Source: a virus
Strand: one strand, 5' to 3'
DNA length: 64,000 bases
IMG/VR virus record: IMGVR_UViG_3300035169_000087
Coordinates: 1-64,000 of that record
Of this stretch, positions 48,989 through 58,850 are shown piece by piece. The notes under the pieces are model-generated. The model made no database searches. It saw only the letters and a program-made list of their open reading frames with translations, and was not told the origin of the DNA. Position numbers and translations under genes: made by a program. Each line of letters opens with the position of its first letter. Position 1 is the stretch's first letter.

Positions 48989-51841
48989 ATGGCCCGTTTC
49001 AACACCCCGACCGCGAAGCCCGCGGTCCACTCGCCGATCATGGGCGAGCGCACCGCGTCCGGGCGCACCTTCGAAGGCGGCGCAGGCTACGCGCGGGACG
49101 CCAAGTCGGAACTCTTCCTGCTCGCCGTCTCGAACTTCGTGTCCACCGACACGTTCTACGAGAAGGCCGACGACCGCGACGAGCGGTTCGAACGCCTCGT
49201 GCACCAGGTCGCGGTCGAGGACCCGGACTGGATGGGCCGGTTCATCCCGTGGCTGCGCAGCGAGGCCAACATGCGCACCGCGTCCCTCGTCGCGGCCGCC
49301 GAGTCCGTCAAGGCACGACTGGACGCCTACGACGCTTCTCTCGCCGGGAACGAGCAGCCTGCGGACGCGCTCAAGAAGCCGGTCAACCGCGCACTGATCA
49401 ACGCTGCGTGCCAGCGGCCCGACGAACCCGGTGAACTACTCGCCTACTGGACATCCCGCCACGGACGCGCCCTGCCCAAGCCCGTCAAGCGAGGCATCGC
49501 CGACGCCGTGCGACGCCTCTACAACGGCAAGTCGCTGATCAAATACGACACCGCGTCGCACGGCTACCGGTTCGGCGACGTCCTCAACCTCGTACACGCC
49601 GACCCCGAACCGGACAAGCCGTGGCAGGGCGAGCTTTTCAAGTACGCCCTGGACCGGCGCCACCACCCGGCTGAGGCGGTCGTACCGGAATCGAACCGCA
49701 CGCTCACCGCGAACAGTGCGCTGCTCGCGCTGCCCGTCGACCAGCGGCGCGCGTTCCTGCGCGGCCCCGACGCCGCGGCGCGCCTCACCGAGGCCGGGTT
49801 CACGTGGGAGATGCTGGCCGGGTGGCTGCAGGGCCCGATGGACGCCGAGGCGTGGGAGGCCGTGATCCCGTCGATGGGGTACATGGCGTGCCTCGCCGAG
49901 GGAACCCCGGTCTGGCTGGCCGATGGCACCACCGCACCGATCGAGGACGTGGTGGCCCGCAAGCTGCCAGTGCTCTCCTACGACAAAGCATGGGACAGCC
50001 GGCCGGTCAAATACGGTCCCAACCAGGGGCCACGTGACCAGTCGGTGGGCAACCTCGTGCCTACGATCCCGTCTGCGTGGCTCGACACCGGCGTGCGCCC
50101 CATTGCGGCCGTGCGGTTCGCCTCGGGCCGCGTCATTGAGGCCACCTACGATCACCGGTGGGTACGCCAACGTCGAAGCGGCCGCCAGGCGTGGGAATGG
50201 AACACGACTAGTGAGCTGCGGGTCGGCGACCGCATCCCGGTCCCTCTGACCGCCGATACGTTCGGCGATGAGGGAGACGCCTGGGATGGCTACTTTGTTG
50301 GGGGCATGCTCGGCGACGGTGGCATGACAGTGCTGACCCCGGAGTTTCATGGCGACCCGAACAACGGCGCTGTGGCGTTCATGCGCGAATACGCAGCCAA
50401 ACACGGCTGCGACGTTCGCGAGGACACGAACGGTGCGATCGTGCGCATGCGATTCCCGTTCAAACAGTGGAAGCGGAATCCGCTGGCGGAGATCCTTCGC
50501 CGGTACGAGGTCTGGGGAAAGCGTTGCGAGGCCAAAGCACTGCCCAACCGGCCCTTCAGCCGGGAGTTCTGGATCGGCGCGCTATCCGGTCTGATCGATA
50601 CTGACGGCTGCGTCCGGGAGCGCACCAACGCCAAGGGCACCCTGCACGGCTCGGTCGAGTATGCCACCGTGTCCCGACGGCTCGCCGAGCAAGTGTCCGA
50701 TGTGCTGCTGCGTCTCGGGGTAACCAACATCATCCGCGAGAGGGCGCCACTCAGCCGGCCCGACGCAGCCATCCAGAGCCGCCACACCCTCTTCGTCGTG
50801 GAAACGAACCGGGCGACGGCGCTGGTTCGTCTCGCCGAACTCCTCGACCTGCGGATCAGCTACAAAGCCGCGCGGCTCGCTAGCCTGGCGGAGCGCTTGG
50901 CGCATGTAGCTCCGGCTTCGAGCGAGATGCACGGATACGACAAGGCCGTGGCTCTGGATCGCGTGGTAGCGATCGAGGACGCCGGAGAGCGCGCGACATA
51001 TTGCGTCACGGTCGACGCCTCGAACTTGTTTGTGGCTAATGGCATTGTGACGGGCAATTGCCTGCGCAACCTGAGGAATTTCGACGAGACCGGCGTCCCG
51101 GACGATGTCGCCGAGCAGGTCATCGCGAAGCTCAAGGATCCGGCCGAGGTCGCCCGCTCGCGACAGTTGCCGTTCCGGTTCCTCTCGGCGTACCGGGCGG
51201 CTCCGTCGCTGCGCTGGTCGTATCCGCTGGAGGTCGCGATCGGCCGCTCCCTGGGCAACGTGCCGGCGCTGTCGGGCCGCACGCTGATCCTCGTGGACAC
51301 CTCGGGTTCGATGAACGCGGGGTTCAGTAAGGACGGGACGCTGATGCGGTGGGACGCTGCGGCGCTGTTCGGGATCGCACTGGGGCATCGTTGCGCTGCG
51401 GCGGACGTGGTGTCGTTCTCCTCGCTTCAGTACTACTACGGGCAGCCGGGTGGCGCGAACGTGAAGGCGTTCCCGCTGAGCAAGGGCGAGTCGGTGCTGC
51501 GGTCGCTGGAGCGGTGGCGTGGCGGCGGCTGGTTCCTGGGCGGGGGTACGGAGACTGCGGCGGCGTTGCGGGCGACGTTCCAGGGCCATGACCGTGTGGT
51601 GGTGTTGACGGACGAGCAGGCGGCGCATGACGGGGTGGAGGTGACGCGGAGCGTGCCGGAGTCGGTGCCGATGTACACGTGGAACCTGGCGGGTTACGCG
51701 CGGGGGCATGCGCCGTCGGGTGGGCGGAATCGGCATGCGTTTGGGGGGCTGACGGATCAGGCGTTCAAGATGATTCCGTTGCTTGAGGGCGGCCGGGACG
51801 GTTCCTGGCCGTGGGATGCGGAGACGGTGCCCGCGCGGTAG
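48989..51841 (+). CDS. Ro60/Rsr TROVE plus vWA RNA-binding protein with intein (950-aa precursor, ~560 aa spliced)
   Basis: TFEGGAGY.RD.KSELFLL, WLR.EANMRT, QRPDEPGE.LAYW, PKPVKRG.AD, MGYMA|CLRNLRNF, SRQLPFRFLSAY, MIDAS LVDTSGSM, LTDEQ. Confidence 0.92.
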   Translation: MARFNTPTAKPAVHSPIMGERTASGRTFEGGAGYARDAKSELFLLAVSNFVSTDTFYEKADDRDERFERLVHQVAVEDPDWMGRFIPWLRSEANMRTASLVAAAESVKARLDAYDASLAGNEQPADALKKPVNRALINAACQRPDEPGELLAYWTSRHGRALPKPVKRGIADAVRRLYNGKSLIKYDTASHGYRFGDVLNLVHADPEPDKPWQGELFKYALDRRHHPAEAVVPESNRTLTANSALLALPVDQRRAFLRGPDAAARLTEAGFTWEMLAGWLQGPMDAEAWEAVIPSMGYMACLAEGTPVWLADGTTAPIEDVVARKLPVLSYDKAWDSRPVKYGPNQGPRDQSVGNLVPTIPSAWLDTGVRPIAAVRFASGRVIEATYDHRWVRQRRSGRQAWEWNTTSELRVGDRIPVPLTADTFGDEGDAWDGYFVGGMLGDGGMTVLTPEFHGDPNNGAVAFMREYAAKHGCDVREDTNGAIVRMRFPFKQWKRNPLAEILRRYEVWGKRCEAKALPNRPFSREFWIGALSGLIDTDGCVRERTNAKGTLHGSVEYATVSRRLAEQVSDVLLRLGVTNIIRERAPLSRPDAAIQSRHTLFVVETNRATALVRLAELLDLRISYKAARLASLAERLAHVAPASSEMHGYDKAVALDRVVAIEDAGERATYCVTVDASNLFVANGIVTGNCLRNLRNFDETGVPDDVAEQVIAKLKDPAEVARSRQLPFRFLSAYRAAPSLRWSYPLEVAIGRSLGNVPALSGRTLILVDTSGSMNAGFSKDGTLMRWDAAALFGIALGHRCAAADVVSFSSLQYYYGQPGGANVKAFPLSKGESVLRSLERWRGGGWFLGGGTETAAALRATFQGHDRVVVLTDEQAAHDGVEVTRSVPESVPMYTWNLAGYARGHAPSGGRNRHAFGGLTDQAFKMIPLLEGGRDGSWPWDAETVPAR
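49889..51058 (+). mobile_element. Intein (390 aa) with LAGLIDADG homing endonuclease
   Basis: Block A CLAEGT.V.LADG, block B ATYDHRW, GGMLGDG and SGLIDTDG, block F TYCVTV...NLFVANGIV, terminal TGN followed by Cys+1. Confidence 0.92.
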
Positions 51842-51848
51842 AACCAGT

Positions 51849-51881
51849 GGCCCCGTGCTCGACGGAACCAGGCGCGGGGCC
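51849..51881. terminator. Stem-loop between the Ro60 gene and the convergent leftward operon
   Basis: GGCCCCGTGC...GCGCGGGGCC. Confidence 0.6.
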
Positions 51882-53264
51882 TACGGGCAGTCGCAGTGCC
51901 CGCAGTGGTGGTGCACGCTCGGCGGGGGCGGTGTCACCTGCTGCGTGGTGAGGACCGGCGGCCGGACGGTGCCGCGCGGGGACTTCTGCCCGAGGCCGGG
52001 CCGGGTGAGCACGTCCGGAAGCGGGCCCATAGCGGACACGGGCACGTTAGCCGCCATGTATCTGCGTCGCTGCTTGCCTTGCGCCTGCCGGAGTTCGGCC
52101 CTGTGGCGGGCGGTGTTCTCGACGATCCCGAGTTCCAGTTCCAGGGCGCGGATGCGGGCCCAGGTGCGCCGATACCTGCGGTATCGGATCAGGCGCACCA
52201 GTAGACGCGCTAGCCAGGTCACAGCACCCACTTCTCGTCCCAGCCTTGGCGTCCCGCGTACGGGGCGGCGAGCAGGCGCGCTGTGAGGCACGGCGCCCAC
52301 AGGTCACCGTTGAAGTCCGGGTCGCTCTGGCGGTCCTGGCAGAAGTAGCGCCGTGTCCCGTCGTCGAGTTCCGCGTAGGAGGTCATGTGCAGGCCCAGGA
52401 TCGCCCGCTTCGTCTCGACCTCAGCGAGCACGTGGGCCGGATCCCAGCGCGCGATGTGGACGCCGACAGTCTCGTCAATGTCCTCGATCCCGGTTGCGAC
52501 TACACCGCCGGACGCCCCCACCGAACCGCGAAAGAGGGTCCACTGCGGATCTGGTGTGCCGTCCGTGGTGCCCGCAGCCAGCGCGGACTGCATCGCGATC
52601 TGCTCGTCTCCGGCGAGGCATTTCTCGAGGAACGCGGTGATCGCGGCAACGTCAGTCACGCTCGACCTCCACGCCGAGTTCCTTCGCGATGGCGCGCACC
52701 GTCGGGCACGGGTAGTCGCGCGCCAAGAACTCGTCCGTTCCGTCGCTGCATTCGTCGCAGATCGGCTTGCCCTCCAATGTGCCCTCCACGGCGATACGCG
52801 GCTTGTGCAATTCGAGGACCGCGTGCAGGCTCCCGGCTATCACGGACGCCCAGCGCGCGAACTCGGCGAGCTTGCCGTCACCGATCATGTTCGCGCGGGA
52901 GCGCCACCCGATGGTCGCGCCCATGAACCGCTGGACCTCGGCGCGCAACGCTTCCACATCCAGGTCAGGCATTCGTCTCCAGTCCGAGCTGTTTCGCGAT
53001 GGCCTCGACGGTCTCGCAGGGGTAACCGGTCGGGTTGCAGATCTCTGGCCCGATGTCCATGCAGACGGAGCAGTCCTTGACGTGCGGCTTGCTCCCGATG
53101 CCTGCCCAGCGGGGCTTGTGCAGGTCGAGGGCGGCGGTCAGCGCGCCGCGCATCTTGATCGCCTCCGAGTGCCCCTCGACGGGGCAGTCGTCGCGCCACC
53201 GGCCGCAGATGTCATCGAGCCAGCCGTCCAGCCGCTCCCGGATCGCCGCGTCGAGGTCAGTCAC
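51881..53264 (-). CDS. Four leftward ORFs (51881-52222; 52219-52659 DUF6221-like; 52652-52972; 52965-53264)
   Basis: HIARWDP..VLAEVE.KR.IL..H...PC.T.RLLA.PY in the second; LH.P...CxxC...YPC.TV.AIA in the last two. Confidence 0.6.
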
Positions 53265-53696
53265 GGCGCAAGAGCCAGTCGGCGAGTCGCGGCAGGCGCA
53301 GGGCGTCGGCAATCGCCCAGAACAGGGCCGACGCGGCGTCGCGGTATCGCTGGGCGTCCTCGGCCAGGGTCCCGGGTGGTGGCCTGTCAGGCATCGTTGT
53401 CGCCTTCGTCGAGATGTTGCGGATCGTGTGCACGGTCCCGTCCGCGCCGACCATGGCAAGGTGCCGGGTGGCATTCGTTCGTCAACGACGACTTGCGGCA
53501 GAGGCTGCTCGGTCACCGTGTCCTCCTGGCGTACCAGCGCCTTACCCGCGCGATGCCGGGCTCGATCAGCAGTGCGGCGGCGAGCGAGTTGCACCAGGCT
53601 TCCCAGCCGGTGTGCCCGTGCCAGCGTGCGAGGTCCCCGACGGCCACGAGCGCGAGGATCAGGGTAGGGCGCGCCCACCAGGCGCGACGTAGACGG

Positions 53697-54870
53697 TCAA
53701 GCACCGTCGCCACGCTCCGGTTTGAGCGGCCCGAACCGGTCCGCGACCTCCTGCAGATCCAGCAGCCACAGGCCGTGCACGTCGTCGCTGACGTTCTCAA
53801 ACACCGGGGTGAGCCGGTTCGGGCGCCAGCCGTGCATCTGCCACCGGTCGCCGTCCGACCCGACGAGGATCTTGCCCAGCGGGTAGGTCACACCGAAGCG
53901 GCCGGTCCACTGGGTCGGCACAGACTGGGTTTTGAGTTCGGCGACGAGCTGGTCGGCTTCGTTGAGTAGCCGGATGATGTCGTTCACGACGAGGGCGAAG
54001 GATTCGCTGTGCTTGGCGACGGCGTGCCGGGTTCGGCCTAGGCGTTCGCTCAGGTCGTTGAGGACTTCAGTCACGCGTAGCCCCGGATCTGCGGCGGCGC
54101 GTCCCCGCCACGGGAACGGCGCACGGCTTCCCGGACCCCGTCGAGGCCGCGCAGCGGGGCAGGTGCCGCGAAGTCCCCGATGCCGGTGTGGATCTCGTGC
54201 GTTGGCGGCTTGCGGCACACGCACTGTTCCGGGTTGGCGTAGGCGCGTGCGGCGATGTGCGGGTGGCGGTGGGATTGCTCGCTCCAGCCGCACAGGCAGT
54301 TGCCCGCGCCGGACCCTGGGTCGGCCTGGTAGGGGTGGACGCGCGGCATGTCGGGGTAGCCCATGCGCCCAGTATCGCTGCTCACGTCTGCTGGTCGGTG
54401 CCGGTTTGCGCCCTGGGCGTGAGCGCCCGCTCGCGCAGGTGCTCGGGCAGGGTCGCGGCGGCCCGGAGGATCGCCTCAGAGACCTGGCTCGGGTCTCCCT
54501 GACCGTGCCAGCCGTGCTCGCCCTCGAGGTACCGGTGCGGCGGCCGCCACGCTTCGACACGGTCGGGGAGCATCCGCAGCCAGCCGTATCGACCTTCGCC
54601 GGTGGTGTGCGCGCCGTGCGGGCCTGGCTCCTGGACGGCGGCGAGCCATACGCACAGCCCGGCCCAGTCGCGGCTGTTCGGGATGGGCGCCCAGGCGAGG
54701 ACGATCACTTCGGTGAAGCCGCGCAGTTTCGGGTTCGGGTGGTCGACGAAGTGGACGCGCACGACTTGCGCGCCCCGCACGAGGATCAACTCCGGCGGCG
54801 GGTCGGCGAGCGCAGGCAACGGCGGCTCGTCCAGCCACTGGTCCGGATCGCCCGCTGCTGCCTCACTCAC
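53697..54870 (-). CDS. Three leftward hypothetical ORFs (53697-54074; 54071-54364 Cys/His-rich; 54382-54870)
   Basis: Coupled starts; GATACT-N6-ATG before 54364. Confidence 0.5.
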
Positions 54871-54874
54871 GGGA

Positions 54875-55321
54875 TCAGTGCAGGACCCTCGGCCGCAGCA
54901 CGAGCAGGTCGCCGGTACGCACCCCTAGTTCGGCGGTGAGGGCGAGATCGTCGAGTTCGACGCCGCTATCGGTGAACAGGCCGAGTTGCGCTTCGCAGCG
55001 AGTGGTGTCGGCGTCGGGCTGGTGTGCGTGGATGGCGGCGCGTAGTAGTTCGATGGTTTTCGTGCCGCCGGTGAGCGGTAGTTGCTTGTCGGTGCCGTTC
55101 CAGGTGACGGTCACGGTTCCGGGTTCCATCCGGCCAGTATCCCGCGCCGGGTCAGTCTCCGTCCGGGTGCGCGTCTTGCCGTCGAAAGCACGTAGCGCGC
55201 GGGTCAGCCGTTCCAGGTCGGTCGGGATCTCGAACGGTCTGGGTGGCGGCATCGGGTAGTCGATGTAGGCGGGGAGCACCATCACGGGCTCGCCGGCCTC
55301 GGCCTGAGTTGACTCGGTCAC
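54875..55321 (-). CDS. Protein with C-terminal ubiquitin-like (beta-grasp) domain lacking the terminal GG; alternative start at 55129
   Basis: VTVTWNG.DK...LLRAAI.AH...LGLFTDSGVELDD....ELGVRTGDLLVLRPRVLH-stop. Confidence 0.6.
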   Translation of the reverse strand: MTESTQAEAGEPVMVLPAYIDYPMPPPRPFEIPTDLERLTRALRAFDGKTRTRTETDPARDTGRMEPGTVTVTWNGTDKQLPLTGGTKTIELLRAAIHAHQPDADTTRCEAQLGLFTDSGVELDDLALTAELGVRTGDLLVLRPRVLH

Positions 55322-57673
55322 TGGTCGTTCCATTCGGTGGTGTCACGTGCTGCGGCGTCTTTGAGCATGTCGGCGAGCAGGTCCGCCTGGTTCTCGTCGA
55401 GCAGCAGGTCGGCCACGGTCTCATCGTCGCGGTTGAGGGGAACGAGGATGCGGCCCTGGTTCCAGGTGACGGATTCACCCCACGCGTAGCGCGGAAGGCC
55501 CAGCGGGTCCACGACGATCGACGCCCCGGTCATGTCGTCCGGTGTCGGGGTGCGTATGTCGTGCACGGCCCGCGCCATGGCCTCGTGGCAGCGGGTGCAG
55601 TCGGCTGCCGGGCCGTCGTGAAGGGTGATCAGGTGCAGGGCTTCGGTGATGGTGTAGCGGGCGATCATCTCGTCGGGTGCGCCTGCGCGCCGCTCGGCGA
55701 TGATGCGCCGGATGATGCGCTGCGGACCGGTCAGTGCGACGGGCACGGTCACCGCGCTTTCCTTCGTGCGTGCCAGCGGCTCAGGCGCAGTGCGAGACGC
55801 CCGCGCCAGGTCGTGGAGAGGTGGGCGTCGAGTTCCGCTTGCAGCCGGTCGACCCTCAGTCCTGTGCTAGCAGCGCGCAGTTCGGGGAGTGACGGGCCGA
55901 GCGCGAAGTTGGCTGCGAGGTTCGCCATTGCCTCGGCTGCGGTGGGCGTGACGGCGCGGTGTAGGGCGGCAAGGTCCGGCAGGTCGTCGGTCACGTCTCC
56001 TCCTGCGCTGATTGTGCCGCGCCCGGCCCGTTGTCGGCGGCCCGCCAGTCGATGCCCGCGTCGTACTCCCAGCCCGAGTCGCCCCACGACTTCGACGACC
56101 AGAACCAGCCCTCGTACTGGCCGGGTACGGTCGGCCAGTTGACGGTGTCGCCGTCGTCGAAGGGGCAGCGCTGACCGTATTTGAGGGCGTCGCAGGCCGG
56201 AGTGTGGGTGAGGGTGTAGCGCGGTTCGTCGCGCACGCTCGTGAATGCGGGGTCGGCGTTGGCGGCCCAGGTGGCGGGGTGATGGACGGGCACGAGTTCC
56301 ACGGTGAGGCGGTGGGGTTCCTCTTCGCCGTCGGTCGGCGCGGTGGTTCGTAGCGAGTCGTATGCGTTGAGGATGCCTGCGAGTCCGCGCAGGCTCGTGC
56401 CGCCGGGCTTGTCGTGTAGGACGACCAGTTCGGGCGGCAGCGTCTCCCACGTCCACGGCCCGATCGTGCTGCCGTCAGTGGCCGGTGCGGCCCGCGTCTC
56501 GGGGGTCACGGCGCGATCCCCCGGTCCCACGTGTACAGCGGCTCGCCGTCCCCGTCCTCGCTCTCGTACTCGGTCACGAACGCGTCGTAGCCCTCGCCGG
56601 CCAGGATCCGTACCGTCTGGTCAATGACCCACGCCTTGTGGTGGTCGCCGTCGGTCTGGCCGTCGCCCGCGAGTAGTTCCAGGGCGAGTTGCACGCGCTC
56701 CGTGTCGGTCTCGGCCTGCTGGCGTTCGAACACGCCCCATACGCGCTTGCCGCCGCTGTGTGCGTCGTCGAGCAGCCAGCCGCGGTTGTCGTCGTCGCGG
56801 TGCGGCACGGGAAGCCAGTGGGCTTCCTCGTCGCTCGCGGGCCCCGTCTGGACGGCTCGCGCGATGGCGGACTGCTTCGTGGCGAACCCGTAGGTGACCT
56901 CGGCGCAGGCGTCGGGGTGGTCCCAGTGGTACAGGTCGAACACGGTCCTCATGCTGGCACTCCGAGCTGGGCGTCGTGGTTGTCGGCGGGGTGCGTTCTG
57001 TGCTACCACCAGGAGTCGAGCACGTCCCCGTTGTATGTCGCCGCCTCGTAGTATCCGATCTCGCCGCAGTACTCGGACAGGCACGCGAGCGCCCGGTGCA
57101 CTTGGCACTGGTGCAGGGGCTCACCGGTGGCGCGCTCGGGGTCGGTGTGGGCGAGGACGAAGCGTTCCCGGTCCGTCCAGGCGAGGTGCCCGGTGATGGT
57201 TAGTTCGCGTTGGCGGGCTTTGACGGTGTCGATCGACGGGCAGCCGTCTGCGGTGTCGGTCACGGCGCGGTCCTCTCGCTCTCGGCGGTGTCGAGGGCGT
57301 CGTCGGTGCGCCACCGATGCGAACAGCGTCCGCACGTGCGGTGGAAGTGCCCGGTGTCGCGGTTCTCCGGCGCGATCGAGCCCCAGTCGCCGGAGCAGTA
57401 TTCGATCGCGACGTCGGGGCTGCCGCACTTGCGGCACGGCAGGTCGGGCACCTGGGGCGGCGGGTTGCCGGTCCACGGGTCCTCGTTGAGCGCGGCGGTG
57501 AGTTGTGTGCTGGCGTCGGTGAATGCGGCTTGGGCGAACTTCACGCGCTGTGCGTCGTCGGGCCCGTAGGTGGTGGGTGCGTAGGTGGCCCAGTGTTCGG
57601 CGAGTGCGCGGGCGCGGGTGAGGTGGGCTTCGGCGGTTAGGGCGCGGCGGCGCCAGTCCTCGGTGTCGGTCAT
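55318..57673 (-). CDS. Six leftward hypothetical ORFs (55318-55752, 55749-55994, 55991-56509, 56506-56952, 57003-57263, 57260-57673)
   Basis: GTGA coupling; DGDHHKAWVIDQ..R.L...WD.GIAP motif in 56506-56952. Confidence 0.55.
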
Positions 57674-57765
57674 GGCCGTGTTCCTGTCTGGGTGCATCGG
57701 GCTGGCAAGTGACTCAGCGCTCTGGCGCTTGTACGGTACGAGGCGGGCGAGCGGAGGACGGTCGC

Positions 57766-58422
57766 GTGGTCGTGGTCGAGCGGTGGACCGGCGGGCGGGC
57801 GTGCCTGCTGCAGGCCGCACTGCGCCACACCAACGCCGGGTTCGCGCAGGATCTGGGTGTCGGGGTGCGCACTGTGGCCGGGTGGCATGAGATGCCGAGT
57901 CTGGTGCCGCGCACGGAGGTGCAGCAGCTCCTCGATATCGCGTTGGAGCGGGCGTCCGGGGCGGCGCAGGAGCGTTTCGCGCGGCTGCAGGCTGAGGCTG
58001 CCCCGGCTGGTGGCGCGCAGGCCCTGACGGTGGCTGTCGCGGTCGTACAGCGCGCGGACAGCGTGCTGCTGGTGTGTCGGCGCGACGAGTCCGCGTCGGG
58101 GCTGCGCTGGCAATTCCCCGCGGGGGTCGTCAAGCCTGGCGCGGATCCGGGTGCGGTGGCCGTGTCCGAGACGCTGGGTGAGACCGGCGTGCATGCTGCG
58201 GTACGGGCCCACCTCGGCCGGCGCGTGCACCCGCTGACCGGCGTGGTCTGCGAGTACGTGCTGTGCGACTACCTGACCGGGCAGGCCCGTAACGCCGACA
58301 CGCTGGAGAACCTGGATGCGACGTGGGTACCGATCGCTAGCCTGGCCAGGTTCGTTCCCCTGGACGCCGTGTACCCGCCGATCCTGACCGCACTGGAGAG
58401 CGACCGTGACGCAGCCGACTGA
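57766..58422 (+). CDS. HTH plus degenerate Nudix domain protein
   Basis: GGAGG RBS; WTG..A.LL.AALR.T...FA..LGV..RTV..W HTH; WQFPAGVVKPG...SETLGETG. Confidence 0.75.
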   Translation: MVVVERWTGGRACLLQAALRHTNAGFAQDLGVGVRTVAGWHEMPSLVPRTEVQQLLDIALERASGAAQERFARLQAEAAPAGGAQALTVAVAVVQRADSVLLVCRRDESASGLRWQFPAGVVKPGADPGAVAVSETLGETGVHAAVRAHLGRRVHPLTGVVCEYVLCDYLTGQARNADTLENLDATWVPIASLARFVPLDAVYPPILTALESDRDAAD

Positions 58423-58822
58423 GGCCGACGCCAAGCCGCCGATCGCCGCTGCGGTGGTTGTGCAGGACGGGACGGTGCTGCTGGTGCGCCGCCGGGTCGC
58501 GGAGGGCACGCTGCTGTGGCAGCTGCCTGCGGGGGCGGTGGAGGACGGTGAGAGCCCGGAAGACGCTGCGGTGCGGGAAACCCTCGAGGAGACCGGCCTG
58601 AGCGTCGAGGCGGTGCGGATGCTCGGCCAGCGCACGCACCCGGCCACCGGCCGCGAAATGTCGTACTGGGCGTGCGAGGTCGTCGCGGGGCTGGCTACGG
58701 TCGCTGACCGCGACGAGTTGGACGCGGTCGCGTGGGTCGCGCTGGACGGGCTCGAGGCGCACGTCCCGGGCGGGTTCTTCGAGCCCGTACAGGAGTACCT
58801 GATCGCGGCACTGAAGCACTGA
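58406..58822 (+). CDS. Nudix hydrolase (MutT/pSAM2 Pif-like)
   Basis: Intact Nudix box GAVEDGESPEDAAVRETLEETGL; R.HP.TGR.M.Y. Confidence 0.9.
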   Translation: MTQPTEADAKPPIAAAVVVQDGTVLLVRRRVAEGTLLWQLPAGAVEDGESPEDAAVRETLEETGLSVEAVRMLGQRTHPATGREMSYWACEVVAGLATVADRDELDAVAWVALDGLEAHVPGGFFEPVQEYLIAALKH

Positions 58823-58850
58823 GCCGCGCCGTGCTCGCCGCCTGACCCGA

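Noticed and set aside
48543-49204. Minus-strand ORFs over the ncRNA array
   Set aside because: No recognisable motifs or RBS; the RNA structure explains the region
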